A stretch of DNA of 64,000 nucleotides, from NCBI GenBank assembly GCA_963843705.1, contig CAWJLQ010000010.1, forward strand, positions 489 to 64,488. Reading direction: 5' to 3'. The translations under genes and the position numbers were made by a program. This stretch comes from an uncultured Actinomycetes bacterium. GTDB taxonomy: Bacteria > Actinomycetota > Thermoleophilia > Gaiellales > JAICJC01. A model generated the notes under the pieces. The model had not been told where the DNA came from. It saw only the letters and a program-made list of their open reading frames with translations, and ran no database searches. How positions within the stretch are numbered: position 1 is the first letter of the stretch; each line of letters begins with the position of its first letter. Positions 56,737 to 64,000 of this stretch are shown in pieces.

Positions 56737-57606
56737 GTGTCCGCCGTGGCTGGCGGCACCTACGTGGCCGATCTGAGCGAGGGGTCGATCGTCGACGCCA
56801 CGTTCGCCGTCCAGCGCAAGCAGCGGCGGCACACGCGCAACGGCGACCCGTTTCTCTCCATGGAGCTGGCCGACCGCACCGGCCGCGTCCCCGGCGTGGC
56901 CTGGAACGACGTCAACGTGCTTGCCGCCCGGTTCGACCAGGGCGACACGGTGCGCGTCCTCGGCCGCGTCGAGAGCTACGGCGGCCGGCTGCAGATCTCG
57001 GTGCGCGACGTGGAGAAGGTGGACGGCGGCGACCCGCTCGAGCTCGTCCCCGGCGCCCGCCGCGACGCCGAGACGCTGGACGGCTTCGTCGAGTTCCTGG
57101 CCGGCGAGATCGCCCATCCCGGGCTGCGCGCGCTGCTCGAGGCGTTCCTGACCGACCACGCCTTCCGCGAGCGCCTGCGCACGGCGCCGGCGGCCGAGAC
57201 GCACCACGACTACGCCGGGGGGCTGCTCGAGCACACCGTGGCCGTGGCCACGCTCTGCCGGGAGGCGGCCCAGCTGCACCCGAGGCTGAACGCCGACCTG
57301 CTCGTGTGCGCCGCCCTGCTACACGACGCGGGCCGCACCGAGACGTTCCGGCCGGGGGTGACGATCGCCGTCTCCGAGGAGGGCCGGCTGATCGGCCACG
57401 TGCTCGCCGGCGTGCGCATGATCGACGCGGCCGCGCGCAAGACGGACCTGGCCGACGAGGTGCTGCTGCCGCTCCTGAACGCGGTAGCAGGTCACCACGG
57501 CCCGCTCGAAGGCCGCCGCCTGGAGACACCGGAGGCGGTCGCGCTCTTCCATGCGAACGCCCTGGACGCCCGGCTGGGCGAAGCGCTCTCGGCGCCGAAG
57601 GCCTAG
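56737..57606 (+). CDS. OB-fold + HD-domain nuclease (YhaM-like 3'-5' exoribonuclease)
   Basis: FAVQRKQRRHTRNGDPFLSMELADRTG OB part, and HHDYAGGLLEHT...LLHDAG HD part. Confidence 0.75.
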   Translation: MSAVAGGTYVADLSEGSIVDATFAVQRKQRRHTRNGDPFLSMELADRTGRVPGVAWNDVNVLAARFDQGDTVRVLGRVESYGGRLQISVRDVEKVDGGDPLELVPGARRDAETLDGFVEFLAGEIAHPGLRALLEAFLTDHAFRERLRTAPAAETHHDYAGGLLEHTVAVATLCREAAQLHPRLNADLLVCAALLHDAGRTETFRPGVTIAVSEEGRLIGHVLAGVRMIDAAARKTDLADEVLLPLLNAVAGHHGPLEGRRLETPEAVALFHANALDARLGEALSAPKA

Positions 57607-57624
57607 CAACGGGGTCCTGAGAAC

Positions 57625-57639
57625 CGGGGTCAGACCCCG
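57625..57639 (+). terminator. GC palindrome CGGGGTCAGACCCCG
   Basis: Identical 15-mer to 20462-76. Lies 19 nt after the stop at 57606. Confidence 0.45.
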
Positions 57640-57690
57640 AACGCAACGCGTGGCGAAGTTGTCACGCCTTCGTGACTAGCATCCTCCGGC

Positions 57691-58404
57691 ATGGCCGACC
57701 GCGTGCTCTTCATCACCGGCGCCTCGACGGGGATCGGCGCCGCCACCGCCCGCCGGGCGGTCGCAGCACGCGACCTCGTCGTCCTGCTCGCACGCCGCCG
57801 CGAGGCGCTCGACGCGCTTGCCGCCGAGCTCGGGGCCGACCGCGCCCACGCCCTGGCCTGCGACGTGACGGAGTGGAATCAGGTCGAGTCCGCCGCCGCC
57901 ACGGCGCTCGAGCGCTTCGGCCGCATCGACGTCGTCTTCGCCAACGCCGGCTTCGGCGCCGCCCGCGGCTTCCTGAAGGAGTCGCCCGAGCACTGGCGCT
58001 CCATGGTGCTGACGAACGTGCTCGGCGTCGCCCACACCATCCGGGCGACGCTCCCGCACCTGCTGGAGCGCGGCACCGGCCACTACGTGATCACGAGCTC
58101 GGTCGCCGGCCGCCGGTCGCTGCCGGGGTCGCTCTACTCGGCCACCAAGTGGGCCGCGACGGGCATCGGCCAGAGCCTGCGCGCCGAGCTGCGCGAGATG
58201 CACGGGAACACCGCCATCCGCGTCACGCTGGTCGAGCCGGGCGCGGTCGAGACGCCGTTCTTCGACAACCCCGGCGAGGGCCGGCTCGAGGCCGGCGACG
58301 TCGCCTCGGCCGTGATGTGGGCGCTCGACCAGCCGGCTCACGTCGACGTGAGCGAGCTCCTGATCCTGCCGACGGCGCAGGGCGGGCCGCCGCCGACACG
58401 CTGA
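57691..58404 (+). CDS. SDR family oxidoreductase
   Basis: ITGASTGIG, NAG, YSATKWA. Confidence 0.9.
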   Translation: MADRVLFITGASTGIGAATARRAVAARDLVVLLARRREALDALAAELGADRAHALACDVTEWNQVESAAATALERFGRIDVVFANAGFGAARGFLKESPEHWRSMVLTNVLGVAHTIRATLPHLLERGTGHYVITSSVAGRRSLPGSLYSATKWAATGIGQSLRAELREMHGNTAIRVTLVEPGAVETPFFDNPGEGRLEAGDVASAVMWALDQPAHVDVSELLILPTAQGGPPPTR

Positions 58405-58405
58405 C

Positions 58406-58756
58406 TCAGGCCCCGGCCCGCTGCGGCCGGGGGTGGGACGGCTCGTACAGGCCGATCTCGCCGGCGCCCGGCACCGTGATCGTGGTGACGCGGCCCCACG
58501 ACTCCACGTGCACCGGTCCGACCGTGACGCCCTTCGCGCCGAGCTCTGCCGTGGTCGCGTCGAGGTCGTCGCACATCAGGTACAGGCGGTGCGTCCCCGA
58601 TGCACCGGGATGCAGGGCGAGCTCTCCCGGCGGGAGCGCGAAGATCAGCCAGCCCTGACCGGCGTCCACCGCCGGGAAGCCCAGCACGTCGCGGAAGAAC
58701 GCGCGCGCGGCGTCGGCGTCGTCGGCGAGGAGGATGGTGTGCGCACCGGTGATCAC
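58406..58756 (-). CDS. VOC / glyoxalase-family protein
   Basis: 116 aa; AARAFFRDVLGF...LALH...GEIGLYEP. Confidence 0.8.
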   Translation of the reverse strand: MITGAHTILLADDADAARAFFRDVLGFPAVDAGQGWLIFALPPGELALHPGASGTHRLYLMCDDLDATTAELGAKGVTVGPVHVESWGRVTTITVPGAGEIGLYEPSHPRPQRAGA

Positions 58757-58760
58757 GGGC

Positions 58761-58959
58761 AGATGGTTGACCCTACGCCCCTGTGTGGTCTGTGCGGTTG
58801 CGAACCGAGCAGCGCGCGGACGCAGGGAGCGTTCATCGTGGGCGAACTATGGGCGCGACTGAGGACGCAGCGATGCGACGGTTCGCAACCGCAGCCCCAC
58901 CAACGCCCATACCGCGCCAACGGCCTGATGTCCAGACGCCCGGGTGGAATCAACCATCT
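58761..58959. repeat. 199-nt hairpin element between ychF and the VOC gene, same family as 34036-34176
   Basis: Outer IR AGATGGTTGA (58761-70) / TCAACCATCT (58950-59). Inner perfect 15-bp IR TGCGGTTGCGAACCG (58793-807) / CGGTTCGCAACCGCA (58879-93). Ends and core match the nuoD-nuoE element. Confidence 0.8.
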
Positions 58960-60037
58960 AGACGTTGAAGCGGATGTTCATGACGTCGCCGTCCTGCACG
59001 AGGTAGTCACGGCCCTCGACCCGCATCCACCCGTGCCGCTTGGCCTCGGCCTCCGAGCCGGCCTCGACCAGCTTCTGCCACTCGATCACCTCCGCCCGGA
59101 TGAACCCGCGCTCCAGGTCGGAGTGGATGCGGCCGGCCGCCTGCTGGGCGTTCTGGCCGCGGCGGATCGTCCACGCCCGCGTCTCCTTCGGGCCGGTCGT
59201 GAAGAAGGGGATCAGGTCGAGCAGCCGGTAGGCGGCCAGGGTGACGCGGTCGAGCGCCGGCCGCTCGATGCCCAGCTCCTCCAGGAACGCTGCGGCGTCC
59301 TCGTCGGGCAGCTCGCGCAGCTCGGCCTCGATCTTGGCGTTCAGCGCGATGCACTCGGTCCCGCGTTCGGCGGCGAACGCGGCCACCGCCTCGAGCTGGG
59401 CGGGATCGGGGTCGTCGCCGGTGTTGGCGACGTAGAGCGCCGGCTTGGCGGTGAGCAGGTCGACCGAGTCCGGGATCTCGACGCCGCTCGTCCGCGCCGG
59501 GCGGCCGTCCTCGAGCCACGCCGCCAGCCGCTCGAGCGCCTCGTGCTCGGCCGCCGCCGCCTTCTCGCCGCCCTTGGCCGCCTTGGCGACCCGCTCGGCC
59601 CGCCGCTCGATGGCGGCGAGGTCGGCGAACACCAGCTCGAGCTCGACCGTCTCGGCGTCCTCCTGCGGGTCGATCGCGCCCGACGGGTGGGCGACGGTCT
59701 CGTCCCCGAAGCAGCGCAGGACGTGGACGACGGCGTCGGTGTTGCGCAGGCTGCCGAGGAACTGGTTGCCGAGGCCCTCCCCCTGCGAGGCCCCGCGCAC
59801 GAGCGCAGCGATGTCGACCACCTCGAGCGTGGCCGGCACGATCTTCCCGGAGCGCGAGCTGGAGACGGCGTCGAGCGCCTCCAGCCGCGGATCGCGGACG
59901 TCGGCCACCCCGTGCACCGTCTCGACCGTCGAGAACATGTGCGGGGCGACGGTGGCGCCGCCGCCGGTGAGGGCGTTGAAGAGTGTCGAGCGGCCGCTGT
60001 TCGGCAGCCCGACCAGACCGACCTCGACGCCAGCCAT
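58958..60037 (-). CDS. ychF: Ribosome-binding ATPase YchF
   Basis: GLVGLPNSGRSTLFNALT and C-terminal YLVQDGDVMNIRFNV. Confidence 0.95.
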   Translation of the reverse strand: MAGVEVGLVGLPNSGRSTLFNALTGGGATVAPHMFSTVETVHGVADVRDPRLEALDAVSSSRSGKIVPATLEVVDIAALVRGASQGEGLGNQFLGSLRNTDAVVHVLRCFGDETVAHPSGAIDPQEDAETVELELVFADLAAIERRAERVAKAAKGGEKAAAAEHEALERLAAWLEDGRPARTSGVEIPDSVDLLTAKPALYVANTGDDPDPAQLEAVAAFAAERGTECIALNAKIEAELRELPDEDAAAFLEELGIERPALDRVTLAAYRLLDLIPFFTTGPKETRAWTIRRGQNAQQAAGRIHSDLERGFIRAEVIEWQKLVEAGSEAEAKRHGWMRVEGRDYLVQDGDVMNIRFNV

Positions 60038-60481
60038 CTACAGGGCCGCGGCCACGGATCCGGTCAGGACGCCGACCGCGACGCCGACCGCGACGTCGTC
60101 GGAGTGGTGGACGCCGGCGTAGACGCGGCTCCAGGCCATCGCCGCCGCCATCGCCACCCACACCGGCGCCAGCCGGGGCCGCTCGGTGCAGAGCACGACG
60201 GCGGCCGCCGCCGACATGGCGGCGTGGCTGGAGGGGAACGACGGCGACGCGGGGGCGGGCACGAGCGTGCCGGCCGCCGGCTCGACGGGCCGCTCGCGCC
60301 GGACCGCGAGCTTGACGGCGTAGTTCGCCGCGAGCGTGGCCCATACGGTCGCAGCCGTGCGCACCGGGCGGCCCGCTGCCATGCCGGCGGCGACCCAGAC
60401 CAGGCCGTAGTTCCCCGCGCGCGTGTACGGCCGCACGATCCGGTCGAGCCGGGGATGCGGCCGCTGCGCCGCCTCGGTCAG
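60038..60481 (-). CDS. PAP2 family phosphatase (short)
   Basis: KLAVRRERP, PSSH, SRVYAGVHHSDDV. Start uncertain (no ATG/GTG near 60481; GTG 60436 is the alternative). Confidence 0.7.
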   Translation of the reverse strand: MTEAAQRPHPRLDRIVRPYTRAGNYGLVWVAAGMAAGRPVRTAATVWATLAANYAVKLAVRRERPVEPAAGTLVPAPASPSFPSSHAAMSAAAAVVLCTERPRLAPVWVAMAAAMAWSRVYAGVHHSDDVAVGVAVGVLTGSVAAAL

Positions 60482-60696
60482 AACCCCACCCTCCCGAGGT
60501 GCGTCTCGTGCTTGACGTAGCTGATCTTGGAGACGTCGACGTGGTAGGCGGCCTCGTCGTCGCCGGCGAAGCGGACGACGCCCTTTCCCGATTCGAGCGC
60601 CTTCTCGAGGGTCGCCCACTCGGCGGCCGAGACCTTGGTGATCACGATCAGTCCCCCGTCGAAGCCGATCTCCACCCGCATCACGTCCGAAGCCAT
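60478..60696 (-). CDS. DUF3107-like small protein
   Basis: 72 aa; MRVEIGF...ending HLGRVGF. Confidence 0.7.
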   Translation of the reverse strand: MASDVMRVEIGFDGGLIVITKVSAAEWATLEKALESGKGVVRFAGDDEAAYHVDVSKISYVKHETHLGRVGF

Positions 60697-60706
60697 CCCG
60701 CCTCCT

Positions 60707-61108
60707 TCAGTATTGGACGTACTCGACCAGCACCCCGGCGACGCTGCTGGGGTGGATGAACGCCACCTCGAGGCCGAAGAGCCCCTCGCGCGGCTCGGCG
60801 TCGATCAGCTCGGCGCCCGCCTCCGCGGCCGCTGCGAGGGCGGCGCGGATGTCCGAGACCTGGTAGGCGACGTGGTGCATCCCCGGCCCGCGGCTCTGGA
60901 GGAACCGCCCCACCGGCGTGTCGCCGGCCAGCGGCCAGAGCAGCTCGACACGGCCGTCGCCGACGAGCAGGGTGACCGCCTCGACGCCCTGACCGGGGAC
61001 GACCTCGCGGTGCTCGACCTGCGCCCCGAACAGGCGGACGTACGTGTCCACCGCGCCCGGCAGGTCGTCGACGGCATGACCGATATGATGGATCCCTCGC
61101 AGATGCAC
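60707..61108 (-). CDS. mce: Methylmalonyl-CoA epimerase (VOC family)
   Basis: IHHIGHAV...VELLWPL...GPGMHHVAYQV...AFIHP. Confidence 0.85.
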   Translation of the reverse strand: MHLRGIHHIGHAVDDLPGAVDTYVRLFGAQVEHREVVPGQGVEAVTLLVGDGRVELLWPLAGDTPVGRFLQSRGPGMHHVAYQVSDIRAALAAAAEAGAELIDAEPREGLFGLEVAFIHPSSVAGVLVEYVQY

Positions 61109-61149
61109 TGGACGGCATCCTACGAGAACACCGCACAGGGGGGATTGGC

Positions 61150-61545
61150 ATGGGATTCCTGGACAAGCTGAAGCAGGAGGCGACCGCGGTCGCCGGAACA
61201 GTCGCCGAGAAGACACAGGAGGTCGCGAAGACCGGCCAGCTGCAGGTGCAGCTGCGCAACCTGAACGGCGAGGAGCGCGACGCCGTGGCCGAGTTCGGGC
61301 GCGAGGCCTTCAACCTCTACGAGGCGAACGCGCTCGCGGAGCGCTCGGGCGAGCTGGCCGGAGCGGCGGCGAAGATCTCCGACCTGCGCGAGCAGATCGC
61401 GGCCAAGGAGGCCGAGATCGCCGCCGTGAAGAGCGACGGCGACGGTGCCGCGTCCGCGTCGTCGGACACGGTCGAGAGCTCGGCCGAGGAGGTTGCCGAC
61501 ACGCCCGCGGCGGACGCTGCGGACGGCGGCGCATCCGCGGGCTGA
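61150..61545 (+). CDS. Coiled-coil hypothetical protein with acidic Ala/Ser/Asp tail
   Basis: 131-aa ORF with good GC3. Confidence 0.6.
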   Translation: MGFLDKLKQEATAVAGTVAEKTQEVAKTGQLQVQLRNLNGEERDAVAEFGREAFNLYEANALAERSGELAGAAAKISDLREQIAAKEAEIAAVKSDGDGAASASSDTVESSAEEVADTPAADAADGGASAG

Positions 61546-61569
61546 CCGGTCGGCCGGCCGCCGCGGGGC

Positions 61570-63378
61570 TCACACAGGCGGCTCGGGCCGCCGCATCGCC
61601 AGCGCCTCGACGCCGATGTCGAGGGAGGAGTTCGACTCCGGCTCGAGCCCCTCGAGCAGCGCGTCGATCCGGGAGCGGCCGAGCGTCTCGGACTCGAGCA
61701 GCGCGCGTGCGAGCCGGTCGAGGTAGCCGCGGTGGTGCTCGACCAGCCGCAGCGCATCGCGGTACGCGGCGTCGGTGATCGCGCGCTGCTCGGCGTCGCG
61801 CATCCGCTTCGTCTCCTCTGACAGGGCGTAGTTGTCGGCCCGCATCTGCTGGTGCGGCATCGACTCGCCCATGCCCCACTCGAACACCATCGACCGGGCG
61901 ATCGCCGTCGCCCGCTCCAGGTCGTTCGCGGCGCCGTTCGTGATCCGCCCGAACACCACCTGCTCCGCCGCCCGCCCGGCCAGGATCACCTTCAGCCAGT
62001 CGCGCAGCTCCTCGGTCGAGTGCAGGTAGCGGTCCTCCTCGGGCAGGTTCATCGTGTAGCCGAGGGCCTGGCCGCGGGGCACGATCGTCACCTTGTGCAG
62101 CTGCATCGCATCGCCCATGAGCCGGGCCACGAGCGCGTGCCCGGCCTCGTGGTAGGCGATCACCCGCTTCTCTTTGTCGGTGATCAGCTTGCGCTGCTGA
62201 AGCCCCGCCACGACGCGCTCGAAGGCGTAGTCGAAGTCGGCCTGGGCGATCCGTTCGCGGCCCTCGCGGCCCGCGGCGATCGCGGCCTCGTTGGTGATGT
62301 TCGCCAGGTCGGCGCCCGTGAGGCCGGAGGTCTGGCGGGCGATGTCGGCGAGGCGCACGTCGTCGGCCAGCGGCTTTCCGCGCGTGTGCACCGCGAGGAT
62401 CTCCTCGCGTCCCTTGAGGTCGGGCGGGCTGACGCCGATGTGGCGGTCGAACCGGCCCGGGCGCAGCAGCGCCGTGTCGAGCGCTCCGAGCTGGTTCGAG
62501 GCGCCGATGATCACGAGCCGGTCGCTCTGGTCGAAGCCGTCCATCTCGACCAGCAGCTGGTTCAGCGTCTGGTCGTGCTCCTGCCCGCCCCCGCCCGGCC
62601 CGCCCCCGCCGCGGTGGCGGCCGACGGCGTCCAGCTCGTCGATGAAGATGATGGCCGGCTGGTTCTTGCGGGCCGTGCGGAAGAGGCGCCGGATCCGGGC
62701 GGCGCCGAGCCCGCTCCACATCTCGACGAACGACGAGGCACTCTGGAAGTAGAAGCTCGCGTCGGACTCGTTCGCCACCGCCTTGGCGAGCAGCGTCTTG
62801 CCCGTGCCGGGAGGGCCGTACAGGAGCACCCCTTTGGGCACGCGTGCGCCGAGCTTCTTGAAGCGGGCGGGGTCCTTGAGGAACTCGACCACCTCCTCGA
62901 GCTCGGCACGGGCCTCCTCGACGCCCGCCACCTCGTCCCAGCGCACGTCCGAGTCCTCGTGCGGCACGAGCTTGGCGGGCTTCACGTTCGGCATCATCTT
63001 GATGAACTTCCACGTCAGCCAGCAGATCAGGACGAGGAGGATCGGAAAGCCCCAGACGACGATGAAGGCCTGCAGCAGCCCGAGCGCGTCGCCGAGCCAG
63101 CGCACCGCCGTGTGCAGCAGGTCATGCAGGTTCCGCCGTGAGACCCAGTCCGGGCCGGCCGGCCCCACGCTCCGCAGCGTGGCGATCAGCTCCCACGCCG
63201 GCCACGCAAGCACCGCGAGCACGACGACCACCAGCCGCCACCCCTGCAGCCGGGAGAGCGCGCTGCCCAGCCCCCGCCACGCGTCGCGCAGCCGTCGCCG
63301 AAAGATCCAGTCCACCGGATTCCAGCGTACAGGCCTTGCCCGTGCCCGGATAGCTTGCGCCCGGTTGCCCGGAGGCAT
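61570..63378 (-). CDS. FtsH-like AAA+ zinc metalloprotease
   Basis: GPPGTGKT, IIFIDELDAVG, HEAGHAL. ATG 63378 within ORF 61570..63615. Confidence 0.9.
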   Translation of the reverse strand: MPPGNRAQAIRARARPVRWNPVDWIFRRRLRDAWRGLGSALSRLQGWRLVVVVLAVLAWPAWELIATLRSVGPAGPDWVSRRNLHDLLHTAVRWLGDALGLLQAFIVVWGFPILLVLICWLTWKFIKMMPNVKPAKLVPHEDSDVRWDEVAGVEEARAELEEVVEFLKDPARFKKLGARVPKGVLLYGPPGTGKTLLAKAVANESDASFYFQSASSFVEMWSGLGAARIRRLFRTARKNQPAIIFIDELDAVGRHRGGGGPGGGGQEHDQTLNQLLVEMDGFDQSDRLVIIGASNQLGALDTALLRPGRFDRHIGVSPPDLKGREEILAVHTRGKPLADDVRLADIARQTSGLTGADLANITNEAAIAAGREGRERIAQADFDYAFERVVAGLQQRKLITDKEKRVIAYHEAGHALVARLMGDAMQLHKVTIVPRGQALGYTMNLPEEDRYLHSTEELRDWLKVILAGRAAEQVVFGRITNGAANDLERATAIARSMVFEWGMGESMPHQQMRADNYALSEETKRMRDAEQRAITDAAYRDALRLVEHHRGYLDRLARALLESETLGRSRIDALLEGLEPESNSSLDIGVEALAMRRPEPPV

Positions 63379-63418
63379 AGGGTCAGCACCGGCGCTACCC
63401 CAGGGGAAAGGAGCAGCT

Positions 63419-64000
63419 GTGGGCGTCAGACAGGCACTGTGGACGCGCGTCCGGGGCGCGGTCCGGATCGGGGCGGTGGCCGCGATCGTCGCCGTCGGGG
63501 CGTCGGCGGGCACCGCCGGCGCGGTGGGGACGACGGCGCGCGTCGTCCCGAACGCGATGGGCGAGCTCGACTGCAACGGATTCAGCCCCATCCAGCGCTC
63601 CGTCAAGCTGACCATGCTGTGTCACGACCCGTCGCTGCCCGGGCCGGCACGGCTCGAGGATCACGAGCACTACATCGGCCACGACGAGCCGTCGATCCGG
63701 TTCCTCTCGTCGCGGCCCGGATCCGGGAACGACGTCACCTGGGTGGAAACGCTGGGCAAGGATCCGCGCGCGCTGCCAACGGTCAGGCATCCGGGACGCG
63801 ACGTCACGCACAACTTCGAGCTGACCGTGGCGCCCTGGTTCTCGATGGAGCTGTGCGACCCGAACTCCGACCCGCAGCTGCCCTGCCGGCCGCGCTCCGA
63901 TACGAACGCACCCCATGGCAGCTACCCGGGCGGCGGCAGCGCATTCATGGAGCTGCAGTTCTATCCGCCGGGCTTCGCGCCGTTCGTCGACTCGATCAGC
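63419..64000 (+). CDS. Secreted hypothetical protein, 3' end beyond the window
   Basis: SD AAGGAG 6 nt upstream of GTG 63419. Signal-like VRIGAVAAIVAVGASAGTAGA. Open to the window end with high GC3. Confidence 0.6.
   Translation, partial: MGVRQALWTRVRGAVRIGAVAAIVAVGASAGTAGAVGTTARVVPNAMGELDCNGFSPIQRSVKLTMLCHDPSLPGPARLEDHEHYIGHDEPSIRFLSSRPGSGNDVTWVETLGKDPRALPTVRHPGRDVTHNFELTVAPWFSMELCDPNSDPQLPCRPRSDTNAPHGSYPGGGSAFMELQFYPPGFAPFVDSIS

Noticed and set aside
57656-57690. GTCACG-CCTT-CGTGAC palindrome with a TTGTCA upstream of the SDR gene, as a promoter or operator.
   Set aside because: The arms are only 6 bp, and the spacing to the nearest -10-like hexamer is about 12 nt, too short for a sigmaA promoter.
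58761-58959. The ychF-VOC element as 6S RNA or another known housekeeping RNA.
   Set aside because: I cannot recognise the diagnostic central bubble or conserved sequence blocks by eye, and the terminal repeats are shared with an intra-operon element. It is left as an unclassified family; an Rfam scan is needed.

Overview
This window is a very GC-rich chromosomal segment of actinobacterial type. Codon third positions are almost always G or C, 4-nt GTGA/ATGA stop-start overlaps are common, and there are many long antisense shadow ORFs. All functional calls come from reading motifs in the supplied translations; no database search was run.

Core content:
- a GT-C / PAP2 / PIG-V-like glycolipid cluster (0.7-4.1 kb)
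- groES-groEL with two CIRCE operators
- two MFS transporters
- a 2-oxoacid dehydrogenase E1a-E1b-E2-lipB-lipA operon
- a GT28 + CE4 deacetylase pair
- fumC
- a full nuoA-N operon (31.3-45.9 kb)
- a HisKA_3/NarL two-component pair
- a LexA-box-controlled radical SAM gene
- mrp, ychF, an ftsH-like gene and housekeeping genes

The one clearly accessory stretch lies between fumC and fnr/nuo (about 25.75-30.2 kb). It holds an IS256-family element. It also holds two perfect 72-bp direct repeats bracketing a single, compositionally atypical HisRS/HisZ-like class II aaRS-core paralog. Four copies of a ~26-nt motif, a GNAT gene and a frameshifted Cys/His-rich ORF complete it.

Most interesting signals:
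1. A family of long-hairpin intergenic elements. Two members share terminal inverted repeats of the form AGATGGTYGA...TCRACCATCT. They sit exactly between co-oriented genes at nuoD|nuoE and ychF|VOC, with a related third element at nuoH|nuoI.
2. The repeat-bracketed orphan aaRS-like cassette.
3. An unannotated 52-codon acidic ORF, translationally coupled between nuoF and nuoG.
4. Four apparent single-nucleotide frameshifts: nuoH, the sensor kinase, the PadR partner and the Cys/His ORF. These may be assembly indels and need read-level checking.

No rRNA, tRNA or CRISPR array was recognised.
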